DNA of 64,000 bases. Origin: Candidatus Methylomirabilota bacterium (GTDB lineage Bacteria; Methylomirabilota; Methylomirabilia; Rokubacteriales; CSP1-6). This document shows, piece after piece, positions 37,918 to 46,969 of this stretch. A program made the position numbers and the translations under genes. The notes beneath the pieces are model-generated. The model was not told the origin of the DNA and did not search any database. It was given only the letters and a program-made list of their open reading frames with translations. The stretch spans positions 1,451 through 65,450 of the forward strand of contig DASTOJ010000128.1 of assembly GCA_035762565.1 (NCBI GenBank), in the 5' to 3' direction. Numbering within the stretch: position 1 is the first letter of the stretch; each line of letters opens with the position of its first letter.

Positions 37918-38609
37918 GCGTCGACCCCGAGATAGACCCGCCGGACCTCGGGGCTCGCCATGACGACGTCCGGCGGCCCATCGATCACGCTGCGGCCGAA
38001 GTCGATCGCCACCAGGCGGTCCACCGCGGAGCGGAGCGCGTGGACGATGTGCTCGATCCACAGGACGGCCACGCCCTGGGCGCGCACGTCACGGATGACG
38101 GCGACGAGCGCCAGCACCTCCGGCTCGCTGAGCCCGCCGGCGATCTCGTCGAGCAGGAGCACGCGCGGCCGGGTGGCGAGCGCGCGCGCCAGCTCCAGCC
38201 GCTTGCGCTCGGGCAGCGTGAGGGCGCCCGCGCGCGTGTTGGGCTTGCCGGCGAGGCCGGTCAGCTCGAGCGCCGCCAGGCAGCCGGCGTAGGCGTCGCG
38301 CTCGGGTCGGCCGGCACCATAGGTGGCGCCGACGAGGACGTTCTCGAAGACGGTCATCGCCTCGAACGGGTGGGGGATCTGGTGGGTGAGGGCGATGCCG
38401 GCCCGGCACCGCGCGTGGGCGGGCAGCGCGGTGACGTCGCGGTCCTGGAACACGACGGCGCCCCGATCCGGCCGCAGGCGGCCGGCCATCACGTTGAGCG
38501 CCGTGGTCTTGCCCGCGCCGTTGGGTCCGATGACGCCGACGGCCTCCCCCTCGCCCACCGTGAGCGTGAGGCGGTCGAGGACCTGGAGCGAGCCGAACGC
38601 CCGCGACAC
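37914..38609 (-). CDS. ABC transporter ATP-binding protein (LivG-like)
   Basis: It has Walker A GPNGAGKT and Walker B LLLDEIAGG. The conserved first strand (TAFLALREV) lies upstream of the GTG at 38609 in the same frame, but no ATG, GTG or TTG is available there, so the start is uncertain. Confidence 0.75.
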   Translation of the reverse strand: MSRAFGSLQVLDRLTLTVGEGEAVGVIGPNGAGKTTALNVMAGRLRPDRGAVVFQDRDVTALPAHARCRAGIALTHQIPHPFEAMTVFENVLVGATYGAGRPERDAYAGCLAALELTGLAGKPNTRAGALTLPERKRLELARALATRPRVLLLDEIAGGLSEPEVLALVAVIRDVRAQGVAVLWIEHIVHALRSAVDRLVAIDFGRSVIDGPPDVVMASPEVRRVYLGVDA

Positions 38610-38637
38610 CTCGCGGAGCGCGAGGAACGCCGTCGGA

Positions 38638-39933
38638 CTACGCCTGCTTGAGCGGACGCAGCTTGCCGCTGGTCGGGATGTTCGGCGCGCTGCGGTTGCT
38701 CACGATCGTCATGTCGAAGCGAGGATCCTTCGTCTTGAGGCGGCCCCACTGGCCGCCCACCAGCGGCGTCTTGGTGACATTGGGCACCGGCCCCTTGGCC
38801 CAGCTGACAGGGCCGACCAGCGTGTCCAGGCTCGTCGCCTTGATGGCGGCCACGACAGCGCCCTTGTCGTCCAGGCCCTGCGCCCGCTTGAGGGCGTCGA
38901 GGCCGACCTCGAACAGCGCATGGATGAAGCCGAGGGGCTGCGTCCACTGCCTCTTCGCCTCGCGCGTGTACTCGGCGGCGAACGCGGCGGCGCTGGCGCC
39001 CGTCAGCGACGACTTGAACGGGTGCTGCGGCGTCCACCACACCTCGGTCGACATGCCGTCGCCGAGATCGCCGAGCGCCTCCACCGAGCGCGGGAAGAGC
39101 AGGGCCTTGCCGATCGAGGCCACCTTGGGGCGGAAGCCCTGCTGGGCCGCCTGCTTCCAGAATGTCGTCCAGTCCGGCGGGATCGGCACGCCAGTGACGA
39201 TCTCGACCTTCTCGCGCTTGAACGTCGCGATCTGCGCGGAGAAGTCGTCGGAGAGGTTCGGGTAGCGGCCGGGATCCACGACCTTGTAGCCGGCCTTGGC
39301 CAGGGCGGGCGGAAAGCCGCGCTCCCTGTCGCCCCACGCGTTGCCGTCGCCGTCGTTGGGCCACAGCGCGCCCACGACCTTGTTGGTCTCGACCGAGTTC
39401 CACATGTCGATGAAGACGCCGATGATGTCCTCGAGCCCCCAGAAGAAGTGATAGGTCGACTTGAAGCCGACGTCGGGCTTGCCGCCGCGCGCGAAGAACC
39501 ACGGCTGCCACGGACACACCGACGACACGGCCGGCGTGCCGTTGACCTCGCACTGGTCGGACACGGGGTTGGTCGTCTCCGGCGTGCTGGCGACGAGCAT
39601 GAGGTCGACCCTGTCGGACAGGATCAAGCGCGAGGCGACCTCGGCCGCCCGGTTCGGGTCCGACTGGCTGTCGCGGACGAGGATCTCGACCGGGTGCGAC
39701 CGCCCCCGGATCGTCAACCCCTTGCCGAGCGCCTTGCGCACGCCCCCGACCACGAACGCATCCGCCTCCCCGAACCCCGCCAGCGGCCCCGTCTGGGGAC
39801 TCACGTACCCGATCTTGATCGAGCGCCCCTGCGCGGAAGCCGGAAGAGGCCCCACCGCCGCCGCCGCCGCCCCCACCGCGCCGAGACGAAGAAACTCCCG
39901 CCGCCCAACCCTCAATCGTGGGGCGAAGCCCAC
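38638..39933 (-). CDS. periplasmic type-I substrate-binding protein of the Liv-type ABC system (TAT signal)
   Basis: ORF 38638..40176 is trimmed to the GTG at 39933; the TTG at 39915 is an alternative. It has a twin-arginine signal (GRREFLRLGAVGAAAAAVGPLPASAQG) followed by IKIGYVSPQTGPLAGFG, typical of Leu/Ile/Val-binding-protein-fold receptors. Confidence 0.8.
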   Translation of the reverse strand: MGFAPRLRVGRREFLRLGAVGAAAAAVGPLPASAQGRSIKIGYVSPQTGPLAGFGEADAFVVGGVRKALGKGLTIRGRSHPVEILVRDSQSDPNRAAEVASRLILSDRVDLMLVASTPETTNPVSDQCEVNGTPAVSSVCPWQPWFFARGGKPDVGFKSTYHFFWGLEDIIGVFIDMWNSVETNKVVGALWPNDGDGNAWGDRERGFPPALAKAGYKVVDPGRYPNLSDDFSAQIATFKREKVEIVTGVPIPPDWTTFWKQAAQQGFRPKVASIGKALLFPRSVEALGDLGDGMSTEVWWTPQHPFKSSLTGASAAAFAAEYTREAKRQWTQPLGFIHALFEVGLDALKRAQGLDDKGAVVAAIKATSLDTLVGPVSWAKGPVPNVTKTPLVGGQWGRLKTKDPRFDMTIVSNRSAPNIPTSGKLRPLKQA

Positions 39934-39941
39934 CTCCGAGC

Positions 39942-40934
39942 TCAAAACTGCACCGGGGAGGGCGGCATCTTGCCGCTGGCGTAGAGCTGCGGCAGCTCGG
40001 GCGACGCGTTCTCCCACACGAGCAGCATCGAGCGCTTGGGCGAGAAGCCGCGATGGCGGATGTCGGCCGGCATGGCGGCGACGTCGCCGGCCTTCATCGT
40101 CACCCGGGCGCGCACGGCGCCGGTGTCGCGGTCCTCGACCTCCCACTGGATCTCGTCGCTCAGCTGCACGAACCACTCCACGCGGTCGTTGCCGTGAATG
40201 ACAGGCAGGATGTACTCCTCCGTGGTCGGGCAGTAGAGGCTGGCCTTGCAGACCGACACGATCGACGGGTTCCAGGTCACGTCGGAGCGGGAGAGATAGG
40301 CGAAGAGGTTGAAGGCCACCACCTCGTCCTCGAAGCCGGGCTCGGCGATGACCTCGGGCGTGTCCTGGGGGACGTCGCGGAAGTGGCGGTTCACCGGGAA
40401 GCCGCTCTCGTCGCTGCGCAGCGGCTCGTCGCCGGGGGCGCCGATCATCCGCTTGGCGGTCACCCGGTGGCGGGTGATCGCCTCCTTGTTGCCGCCGTTC
40501 TTGGGCCCGAACGCGCTGCCGGTCTCCTGGGGGCTGGCGAACGGGTCGAAGCCCGCGTTCGTCCAGTCGTCCAGCATGGCCTCGAAGACGCGCTGGATCA
40601 GCGGCGTCGTGAACCGCTCGCTGTGGTCGAGCCCGGCCTTGCGATAGTGCTCGTTGAAGCGGCCGGCGAAGAGGTCCACCGAGCCGTAGTGGTTCACCGT
40701 CCCCACGACCGCGTCGAAGTTCACGATGCCGTAGAAGAAGCCCCAGGCGATGTCGCGCTGGAGCGCGCGCAGGAAGGCGTCCGCCGGCAGCATGTGGTGG
40801 CTCTTCGGCCAGGCGACGTGGGCGAAGTACTCGTCCCGGCTGAAGGTGAAGCCGCCGAGCGTGAAGGTGCGATAGCCGTGCCGGTTGGGCTCGATCGAGC
40901 CGATCTCGGGAACGGTCTCGGTGCGCTGGCTCAT
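39942..40934 (-). CDS. two-subunit (type II) hydroquinone 1,2-dioxygenase-like, large cupin subunit (PnpD/HapD-like)
   Basis: 330 aa. The C-terminal cupin carries IHGNDRVE, then 40 aa, then RH. This gives H247-x-N249-x3-E253-x40-H294, the same spacing as the Fe(II) ligand set recalled for PnpD. Confidence 0.6.
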   Translation of the reverse strand: MSQRTETVPEIGSIEPNRHGYRTFTLGGFTFSRDEYFAHVAWPKSHHMLPADAFLRALQRDIAWGFFYGIVNFDAVVGTVNHYGSVDLFAGRFNEHYRKAGLDHSERFTTPLIQRVFEAMLDDWTNAGFDPFASPQETGSAFGPKNGGNKEAITRHRVTAKRMIGAPGDEPLRSDESGFPVNRHFRDVPQDTPEVIAEPGFEDEVVAFNLFAYLSRSDVTWNPSIVSVCKASLYCPTTEEYILPVIHGNDRVEWFVQLSDEIQWEVEDRDTGAVRARVTMKAGDVAAMPADIRHRGFSPKRSMLLVWENASPELPQLYASGKMPPSPVQF

Positions 40935-40957
40935 GGTCGTGCCTCCCTCGCTCGCGC

Positions 40958-41476
40958 TCAGGCCTTCGGCCGGGCCGACGTCTGGCAGATGTCCGCCCAG
41001 CGCTCGATCGTGTCGGCGCCGGCCAGGGTCTGGAGTAACACCACGCCGGGGCGGGCCGCGTGGAACTGGTACGCGGCGCCCACCGGCAGGAGCGTCATGT
41101 GACCGCGTCGGGCGCGCACGACGCCCATCTTGCGCCCGGGCGGCGCGCCCGGCAGCCCCACCGAGCCCCTGGTGCCGGCCGGGACCACGCCCGGGTTGTC
41201 GAGCTTGAGCAGGCGGATTTCGACCTCGCCGTCCATGACGAGCGCGAACTCGTCCTGGGCCGGCGCCCGCCAGCCCGAGGTCCCCTCGGTGCGGATGGCC
41301 TCGATGACGTACTCGATGTTCTTGCCCACGGCCACCTTCTCGTACGGCTTGGCCCGGGAGGCCACCTCGAAGACGTTGGAGAAGACGTAGTTGCGGGCGT
41401 CGTCGTTGATGACCTCGACGCCGCCCTTGTCGTAGCGCTCGAGGGATCCGAAGCGCGTGGTGTGCTGGGGGGCCAT
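40958..41476 (-). CDS. hydroquinone 1,2-dioxygenase-like, small subunit (PnpC/HapC-like)
   Basis: 172 aa from MAPQHTTRF. It has a cupin-like beta-rich sequence and sits immediately upstream of the large subunit, with the size ratio expected for HapCD/PnpCD pairs. Confidence 0.5.
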   Translation of the reverse strand: MAPQHTTRFGSLERYDKGGVEVINDDARNYVFSNVFEVASRAKPYEKVAVGKNIEYVIEAIRTEGTSGWRAPAQDEFALVMDGEVEIRLLKLDNPGVVPAGTRGSVGLPGAPPGRKMGVVRARRGHMTLLPVGAAYQFHAARPGVVLLQTLAGADTIERWADICQTSARPKA

Positions 41477-41591
41477 GTCACGCCTCCGCATGCGGCCCGC
41501 CGCGCGCGGCGGGACACATCGAGCTCAGATTGATTGAAGGCGTTGTAGGCTCGCCGGCCGGAGTTGTCAAGGCCGGCCGGGGGAGCGACCG

Positions 41592-42221
41592 TTACCGCTG
41601 AGTGAGGGGGCGGTCCGAGCGGCCGCTCGCGGCCGGCGAGGCCTCCCGGGCGCGGAGCTTCCGCACGAGGCTCTCGTAGGACTCGGTCTCGACGATCTTG
41701 TTGAATTGGGTCCGGTAGTTCGCCACCAGGCTCACACCCTCGACGTTCACGTCGTACACGCGCCAGCGGCCGTCGGCCAGCCGCATCCGGTAGTCGACCG
41801 GCACTTCGCTGCCACGGCCCGTGACGATGACCGTCTTGACGACGGCCTCGGCGCCGTCGATGGTCTCGTCCGCGTACCGCACCCGCTCGCCCTTGTATTG
41901 ATCGATCCGCGAGAAGTAGGCGCGATCGAGCAGGTCCGCGAACAGGCGCACGAACTCCTCCCGCTCCTGCGGCGTGCGGGCGTTCCAGTGCCGGCCGAGC
42001 GCGCGGCGGGCGGTTTCCTTGTAGTCGAAGATCTGCTCGGAGATCCTCCGGACGGCGACACGACGCTGCGCGGGACTGGCCTGCAGGGCCGGGTCCTCCA
42101 TCTGTCGGACGACCTCGTCCACGTGCTGCTTCAGCTGATCGGTCGGCACCCCGGCCTCGGCGCGACCGGTCGGCACCACGAGCGCGAACAGAAACGCGAG
42201 GGCGACGTGCAGGTAGGGCAT
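41592..42221 (-). CDS. mlaC: MlaC/Ttg2D-family phospholipid-binding periplasmic protein
   Basis: It has a signal peptide (MPYLHVALAFLFALVVPTGRAEA). FDYKETARRALGRHWNARTPQEREEFVRLFADLL and the later WRVYDVNVEGVSLV..YR.QF match the toluene-tolerance Ttg2D pattern. Confidence 0.75.
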   Translation of the reverse strand: MPYLHVALAFLFALVVPTGRAEAGVPTDQLKQHVDEVVRQMEDPALQASPAQRRVAVRRISEQIFDYKETARRALGRHWNARTPQEREEFVRLFADLLDRAYFSRIDQYKGERVRYADETIDGAEAVVKTVIVTGRGSEVPVDYRMRLADGRWRVYDVNVEGVSLVANYRTQFNKIVETESYESLVRKLRAREASPAASGRSDRPLTQR

Positions 42222-42538
42222 GCGGCCGAGCGGTCTGCAACCGTGGTGCCACCGGCTGGCTAACGTCTCCCGGCGGGCGACAAGGCCGCCCAGCCGCCGG
42301 CACCCGGCGCGTGCATGGCGCGCGCGAGCAGGCAGGCGCTGGCGGGGATCGGCCCCGGACGGAGCTGACCGCGATCGTCTCGCCGTCGTTGAGCCGCCGC
42401 TCGAAGGCGGCGTCCATCACCGTGGCGGCGGTGGCGGCCGGGCTGGCGCTCACGTCAATCGCGTGCCGGCCGGGCACCGGCGCGTGCCAGGTAGTCGGCG
42501 CGCTCGCGGGTGCCGAGGACGTCGCGGTCTACCACCGC

Positions 42539-42830
42539 ATGCGCCTCCCACGAATCGGTCTCTCCGTCATGCCGCTGGAGACGCGGCGCGAGGTGATCGT
42601 CGGTATCGCCACCGAGGGCGATCGCCTCGGCTACGACGGCTTCTGCGACCATCGCGATGGCCGCGGCGACGCTGCACTCGATGTCGGGCGGACGCTTCGT
42701 GCTCGGCCTCGGCGCCAGCACCCCGCAGCTCGCGGAGGGCCTGCACGACACGCCGTTCGAGCCGCCGGTGCCGCGCATGCGCCGGATGGTCACGCAGATC
42801 CGTGCGCTGCTCCGCGGCGAGCGCACGAGG
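42539..42830 (+). pseudogene. luciferase-like monooxygenase (LLM) remnant, internally deleted and frameshifted
   Basis: Frame 1 holds the LLM N-terminus, MRLPRIGLSVMPLETRREVIVGIATEGDRLGYDGF. After about 42644 the similarity continues in another frame: ATIAMAAATLHSMSGGRFVLGLGASTPQLAEGLHDTPFEPPVPRMRRMVTQIRALLRGER, the LLM mid-region. About 60-70 aa are missing between the two pieces, and most of the C-terminal half is absent. Confidence 0.55.
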
Positions 42831-42988
42831 CCGGTGCCGCCTTCCCGGTGCTGCTCCTCCGCCCGAACCTCACACCGGAGGAGCGCGCGCTGGCGCTCGA
42901 GGCCTTCCGCCCGTGCTACAGTCCGCCTCCCCATGCCAGACGTGACGCCGCGCGACCAGGCCTGGACGCCGGTGGTAGGCTCCGGGGA

Positions 42989-44257
42989 ATGCCACGCCGG
43001 GCGGTTCCGCTGGGCGCCGTCACCGCGCTGTTCCTCGAGCGGCAGCACCTGGCCCGGCCGCGCGCGGTCACGCTGACGCCCCGCCGGCTCACGGGCTTCG
43101 TCGAGGACGTCGGCGGGCTCCAGCTGGACTCGATCAACGTCCTCGAGCGTGCGCACTACCTGACGGTGTGGAGCCGCTTCGGGCCGTACGACCGCGCGCG
43201 GCTCGACCGGATCATCTACCGCCGGCGGCTCCTGTTCGAGTACTGGGCGCACGCCGCCTGCCTGGTGCCGGCCACGACGCTGCCGTGGTGGCGGCGCGCC
43301 ATGCTCGACTACCGGGGCCGCCACACCGGCTGGTCGGACTGGCTCCGCCGTAACGCCAGGGTGCTGGCCCGCGTGCGGGAGGCCGTCGCCGCCAACGGTC
43401 CCATGAGCAACGCCGACTTCGAGGGACGGCGGCCGGCCGGTGCCGGTGGCTGGTGGTCGTGGCGGCCCGTGCAGCACGCGCTGCACCATCTCTGGATGTC
43501 GGGGACGCTCACCGTCCACTCGCGCCAGCACTTCCACAAGCGCTACGACCTGCTCGAGCGCGCGCTCCCGAGCGCAGCCTCGTGCGAGGCCGTGCCGGCG
43601 GAGGAGTTCCGGCGCTGGCACGTCGAGCGCTCGCTCCACGCGATGGGCGCGGCGACGGAGCAGGACCTGGCCGGTTACCTGACGTTTCCGCGCTCGGGGC
43701 CGGGCGTCCGCCGGATCGCGCTGCGAAGCATGCTCGAGCGGGGCGAGGTGAGCGAGCTGGAGGTGGAGGGACGGCCCGGCCGCTGGCTGGCGCTGACCCG
43801 CGATCTGCCCGCGCTGTCCCGGGCGCGGCGGGCGCCGGCGCCGCGGGGAACGACGCTGCTGTCGCCGTTCGACTCGCTGCTCTGGTACCGCGGGCGGGTA
43901 TCGCGCCTGTTCGGCTTCGACTACCGGATCGAGGTCTACACGCCCGGCCCGCAGCGCGTCCACGGCTACTACACGCTGCCGATTCTCCACCACGGCCGCC
44001 TCATCGGCCGCGTCGACGCCAAGACCCACCGTGCCGAGCGCCGGCTCGAGGTGCGCCACGTGCACTTCGAGCCGTGGTTCGCCGCCGGGACGGGGCCGCC
44101 GGCCGGAGGGGATCGCCTCGATCAGGACGAGGCGCTCGCGGGCGTGGCCGACGCGCTCCGCTCGCTCGCCTCGTTCGTGGGAGGCGACGCGGTCACGCAG
44201 CGTCGCGTGACGCCGCACCGGCTGCGGGCGCCGCTGGCGCGGCTGCTGCGGGCCTGA
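42989..44257 (+). CDS. winged-helix DNA glycosylase YcaQ family (DUF1006) protein
   Basis: ORF 42311..44257 is trimmed to MPRRAVPLGAV. Motifs LQLDSINVLERAHYLTVWSRFGPY, LFEYWAHAACLVP, LLSPFDSLLWYRGR and YTLPILHHGRLIGRVD are typical of YcaQ/DUF1006. Confidence 0.75.
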   Translation: MPRRAVPLGAVTALFLERQHLARPRAVTLTPRRLTGFVEDVGGLQLDSINVLERAHYLTVWSRFGPYDRARLDRIIYRRRLLFEYWAHAACLVPATTLPWWRRAMLDYRGRHTGWSDWLRRNARVLARVREAVAANGPMSNADFEGRRPAGAGGWWSWRPVQHALHHLWMSGTLTVHSRQHFHKRYDLLERALPSAASCEAVPAEEFRRWHVERSLHAMGAATEQDLAGYLTFPRSGPGVRRIALRSMLERGEVSELEVEGRPGRWLALTRDLPALSRARRAPAPRGTTLLSPFDSLLWYRGRVSRLFGFDYRIEVYTPGPQRVHGYYTLPILHHGRLIGRVDAKTHRAERRLEVRHVHFEPWFAAGTGPPAGGDRLDQDEALAGVADALRSLASFVGGDAVTQRRVTPHRLRAPLARLLRA

Positions 44258-44260
44258 CCG

Positions 44261-45151
44261 CTACGCGGCGGCGAGCTTCACCTCGCGGGCCAGCCGCTCC
44301 ATGGCCCGCATCATCGCCGGCACGCCGGCCCGCGGGAGGTCGAAGGTCATCCACCCCGCGCCCAGCGATCTCACCCGCCGGACGTCGGACGCCACCTCGC
44401 CGACCGAGCCCTGGAACGCCGCCCGCCCGCTGCCCTTCGGCGCATCGGTGAGGTCGAGCGCGTTGCGAGGCGCCAGACCGACCGCGTCGCGCCGCCCCGC
44501 CCGGGAGGCGAGGTCCCGCAGGGTCGCGTAGCCTTTCTCGAGGTCGTCGAGGCTGAGCGCGAGCGGATGCCAGGCGTCGCCCAGCTCGGCGCACCGGCGC
44601 ACGGCGGGGGTGGACACGCCCGCGGGCGAGCCGCCGACCCAGATCGGCGGGTGGGGCCGCTGCGCCGGGCGGGGGGAGAACGTGGCGCCGGAGAAGCTCA
44701 CGTACGGCCCCTTGTACTCGGGGACGTCGGCGGCCCAGGCCGCCTTGATGGCGCGGATGTAGTCGTCGCTCAACCGGCCGCGCTCCTTGAACGGCAGCTT
44801 CAGGTCCACGAACTCGGCCTCGTCCCAGCCGACGCCGACCCCGAAGATGAACCGCCCGCCCGACACCTGATCGACCGTGGCCGCCGCCTTCGCCGCCACC
44901 AGGGCATTGCGGTAGGGCAGCACGATGACGCTGGCGCCGAGGTGGATGCGCCGCGTACGCCCGGCCAGAAACGCGAGGAGCGAGAAGGGATCCGGCCAGT
45001 GGCCGCCGTAGTGCTGCGTGGTGGCCGGCTTGGCCAGGATGTGGTCGGGGACGAAGACGCCGTCCAGGCCCAGCTCCTCGGCGCGGACGGCGAGCGATTC
45101 GGCCTCGGCGACGGTGAGCTGCCAGATCGGAAGCACGACTCCGTAGTTCAT
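44261..45151 (-). CDS. LLM-class (probably F420-dependent) oxidoreductase
   Basis: The start is at MNYGVVLP. It has LGLDGVFVPDH, QVSGGRFIFGVGVGW and PIWVGG motifs. Confidence 0.8.
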   Translation of the reverse strand: MNYGVVLPIWQLTVAEAESLAVRAEELGLDGVFVPDHILAKPATTQHYGGHWPDPFSLLAFLAGRTRRIHLGASVIVLPYRNALVAAKAAATVDQVSGGRFIFGVGVGWDEAEFVDLKLPFKERGRLSDDYIRAIKAAWAADVPEYKGPYVSFSGATFSPRPAQRPHPPIWVGGSPAGVSTPAVRRCAELGDAWHPLALSLDDLEKGYATLRDLASRAGRRDAVGLAPRNALDLTDAPKGSGRAAFQGSVGEVASDVRRVRSLGAGWMTFDLPRAGVPAMMRAMERLAREVKLAAA

Positions 45152-45270
45152 GAATCCCTCCGTCGGCGCGTCGGCGCCCGGCGCCGAACCGGGCTTCGAC
45201 CTCCGGCTGTGTATCAATCCTGAATGGCGCGTCCCGCTATTCAGCGTAAGCAGGCCAAGTCTAAATTCTG

Positions 45271-45317
45271 TGCTCGCGCATCACAAGATGTCTGCCCTCT
45301 CAGCTGCTCGCGCATCA
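45271..45317. repeat. 13-bp direct repeat upstream of the DUF222-HNH gene
   Basis: TGCTCGCGCATCA occurs at 45271-45283 and again at 45305-45317. A degenerate third copy (TGCTCGGCGCGCA) follows directly. Confidence 0.5.
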
Positions 45318-45579
45318 TGCTCGGCGCGCACAGCATCTCTGTCGCGTCCGCCTTCCAGCCCATCGAAATTCCGCTTGACAGTCTCGAACGCGGGAGGTGA
45401 GCGCGATCCGGCAGTTCACCGTGGAGGCCGGCCCAGCGGCCCGGGGAAGCCCGGGAACGCCACGATGGGGCGGCTCATCGCGAAAAAGTCGATCCCGCTC
45501 ACGATCGCCGCGCGGCGCGCCTGCCAGATGGCCCCGAAACCGGGGTGTAGAGTCGTCCCACTCACAGGGGGACTCATCC

Positions 45580-46902
45580 ATGGAGACCGGTCCACTGCGC
45601 ATCGTTGACACGCCGGAGCCCGTTCGGGAGCTGGAGCGGCTGGGCGACGAGATCGCCGAGCTGGCCGCCCACCTCGATGCCGCCACCGCGCGCCTGCTCG
45701 ACCTCATACGCGAGTTCGACGCTCGCGGCGGCTGGACCACCGGCCATGCGTCTTGCGCCGCCTGGCTCACCTGGCGCGTGGGGCTCGGCCCGGTCGCCGC
45801 CCGCGAGCACGTGCGAGTGGCCCGCGCCCTCGGCGCCCTGCCCCGGCTGGCCCAGGCCCTCACCTGTGGCGAGGTGTCGTACTCCAAGGTCCGCGAGCTG
45901 ACGCGCGTGGCCACGGCCGAGACCGAGGAGCGGTTGCTGGCGGTGGGGCGCGCGGGCACGGCCGAGCACGTCGCCCGTATCGTGCACGGCTGGCGCCGGG
46001 TGGACCGGCAGGCCGAGGCCAAGGACACCGCCCGCCAGCACGCCAGCCGGGCGCTGCACGTGTATCCCGACAGCGACGGCACGATGCTCGTTCGCGGGCG
46101 GCTCACCCCTGAGATCGGCGCCCTGCTCGCCAAGGCGCTCGCGGCCGCGCGCGAGATCCTCTACCAGCGGCGGCGTGACCAAGCCCCGGAGGCCGACCCG
46201 CCCACGATGGAGCAGCAGCAGGCCGACGCGCTGGCGCTGCTGGCAGAAACCGCCCTACACCACGCGATCGATCCCGGCGCCCCGGGCGAGCGCTACCAGG
46301 TCGTCGTTCACGTCGATGCCGAGGTGCTGGCCGACCCGGAGGCCGCCGGCCAGTCGGTCCTGGAGGACGGTGCGCATGTTCCAGCTGAAACATCCCAGCG
46401 CCTGGCGTGCGACGCCAGCCGGGTGGTGATGCGCCACGGCGGGGACGGGCGGGTCGTGGAGGTCGACGCCCGGACCCGCACGATTCCCCCGGCGCTGCGC
46501 CGAGCGCTGCACCATCGCGACCGCGGCTGTCGCTTCCCGGGCTGTGGCGTGCGCTTCGGTCAGGGTCATCACATCCACCACTGGGCCCAGGGCGGCCCCA
46601 CGACGCTCTCGAATCTCGCGATGTTGTGCCGCCGGCATCACCGCGCGGTCCACGAGGAGGGCTTCCAGGTCGATCGACAGCCGGACGGCGAGCTGCGATT
46701 CCGCCGGCCGGACGGCCGGGCGCTGCCCGAGGTCCCGCCGCCGCCGGCGGTGCCCGGCGATCCCGTGGCGAGTATCCGGGCGCGCAACGAGGCTGACGGG
46801 CTCAGACTGCACGCGCGCACCGGGATGTCAGGCTGGCTGGGCGAGCGCCTCGACGTAGGCTACGCGATCGACGTCCTGCACCCCTTGGCGGTGCAGACGT
46901 GA
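45580..46902 (+). CDS. DUF222 plus HNH endonuclease protein (REP13E12-type)
   Basis: ORF 45397..46902 is trimmed to METGPLR. The N-terminal DUF222 pattern is LDAATARLLDLIREFDARGGW...GHASCAAWLTWRVGL. The HNH core is CRFPGCGVR...HHIHHW..GGPT.L.NL..LCRRHHRAVHE. Confidence 0.8.
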   Translation: METGPLRIVDTPEPVRELERLGDEIAELAAHLDAATARLLDLIREFDARGGWTTGHASCAAWLTWRVGLGPVAAREHVRVARALGALPRLAQALTCGEVSYSKVRELTRVATAETEERLLAVGRAGTAEHVARIVHGWRRVDRQAEAKDTARQHASRALHVYPDSDGTMLVRGRLTPEIGALLAKALAAAREILYQRRRDQAPEADPPTMEQQQADALALLAETALHHAIDPGAPGERYQVVVHVDAEVLADPEAAGQSVLEDGAHVPAETSQRLACDASRVVMRHGGDGRVVEVDARTRTIPPALRRALHHRDRGCRFPGCGVRFGQGHHIHHWAQGGPTTLSNLAMLCRRHHRAVHEEGFQVDRQPDGELRFRRPDGRALPEVPPPPAVPGDPVASIRARNEADGLRLHARTGMSGWLGERLDVGYAIDVLHPLAVQT

Positions 46903-46969
46903 AGCGCCCTACGTCGGTTGCCCCTCACCGCTAGGTGGCGCAGGGCTGCTGGCGTGAAGCTCTGCCCGT

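Noticed and set aside
41530-41591. The CCGGCCGG...CCGGCCGG hairpin after the mlaC stop read as an intrinsic terminator.
   Set aside because: The stem is only the self-complementary 8-mer, with an 11-nt loop and no U-tract. It is too weak to call.
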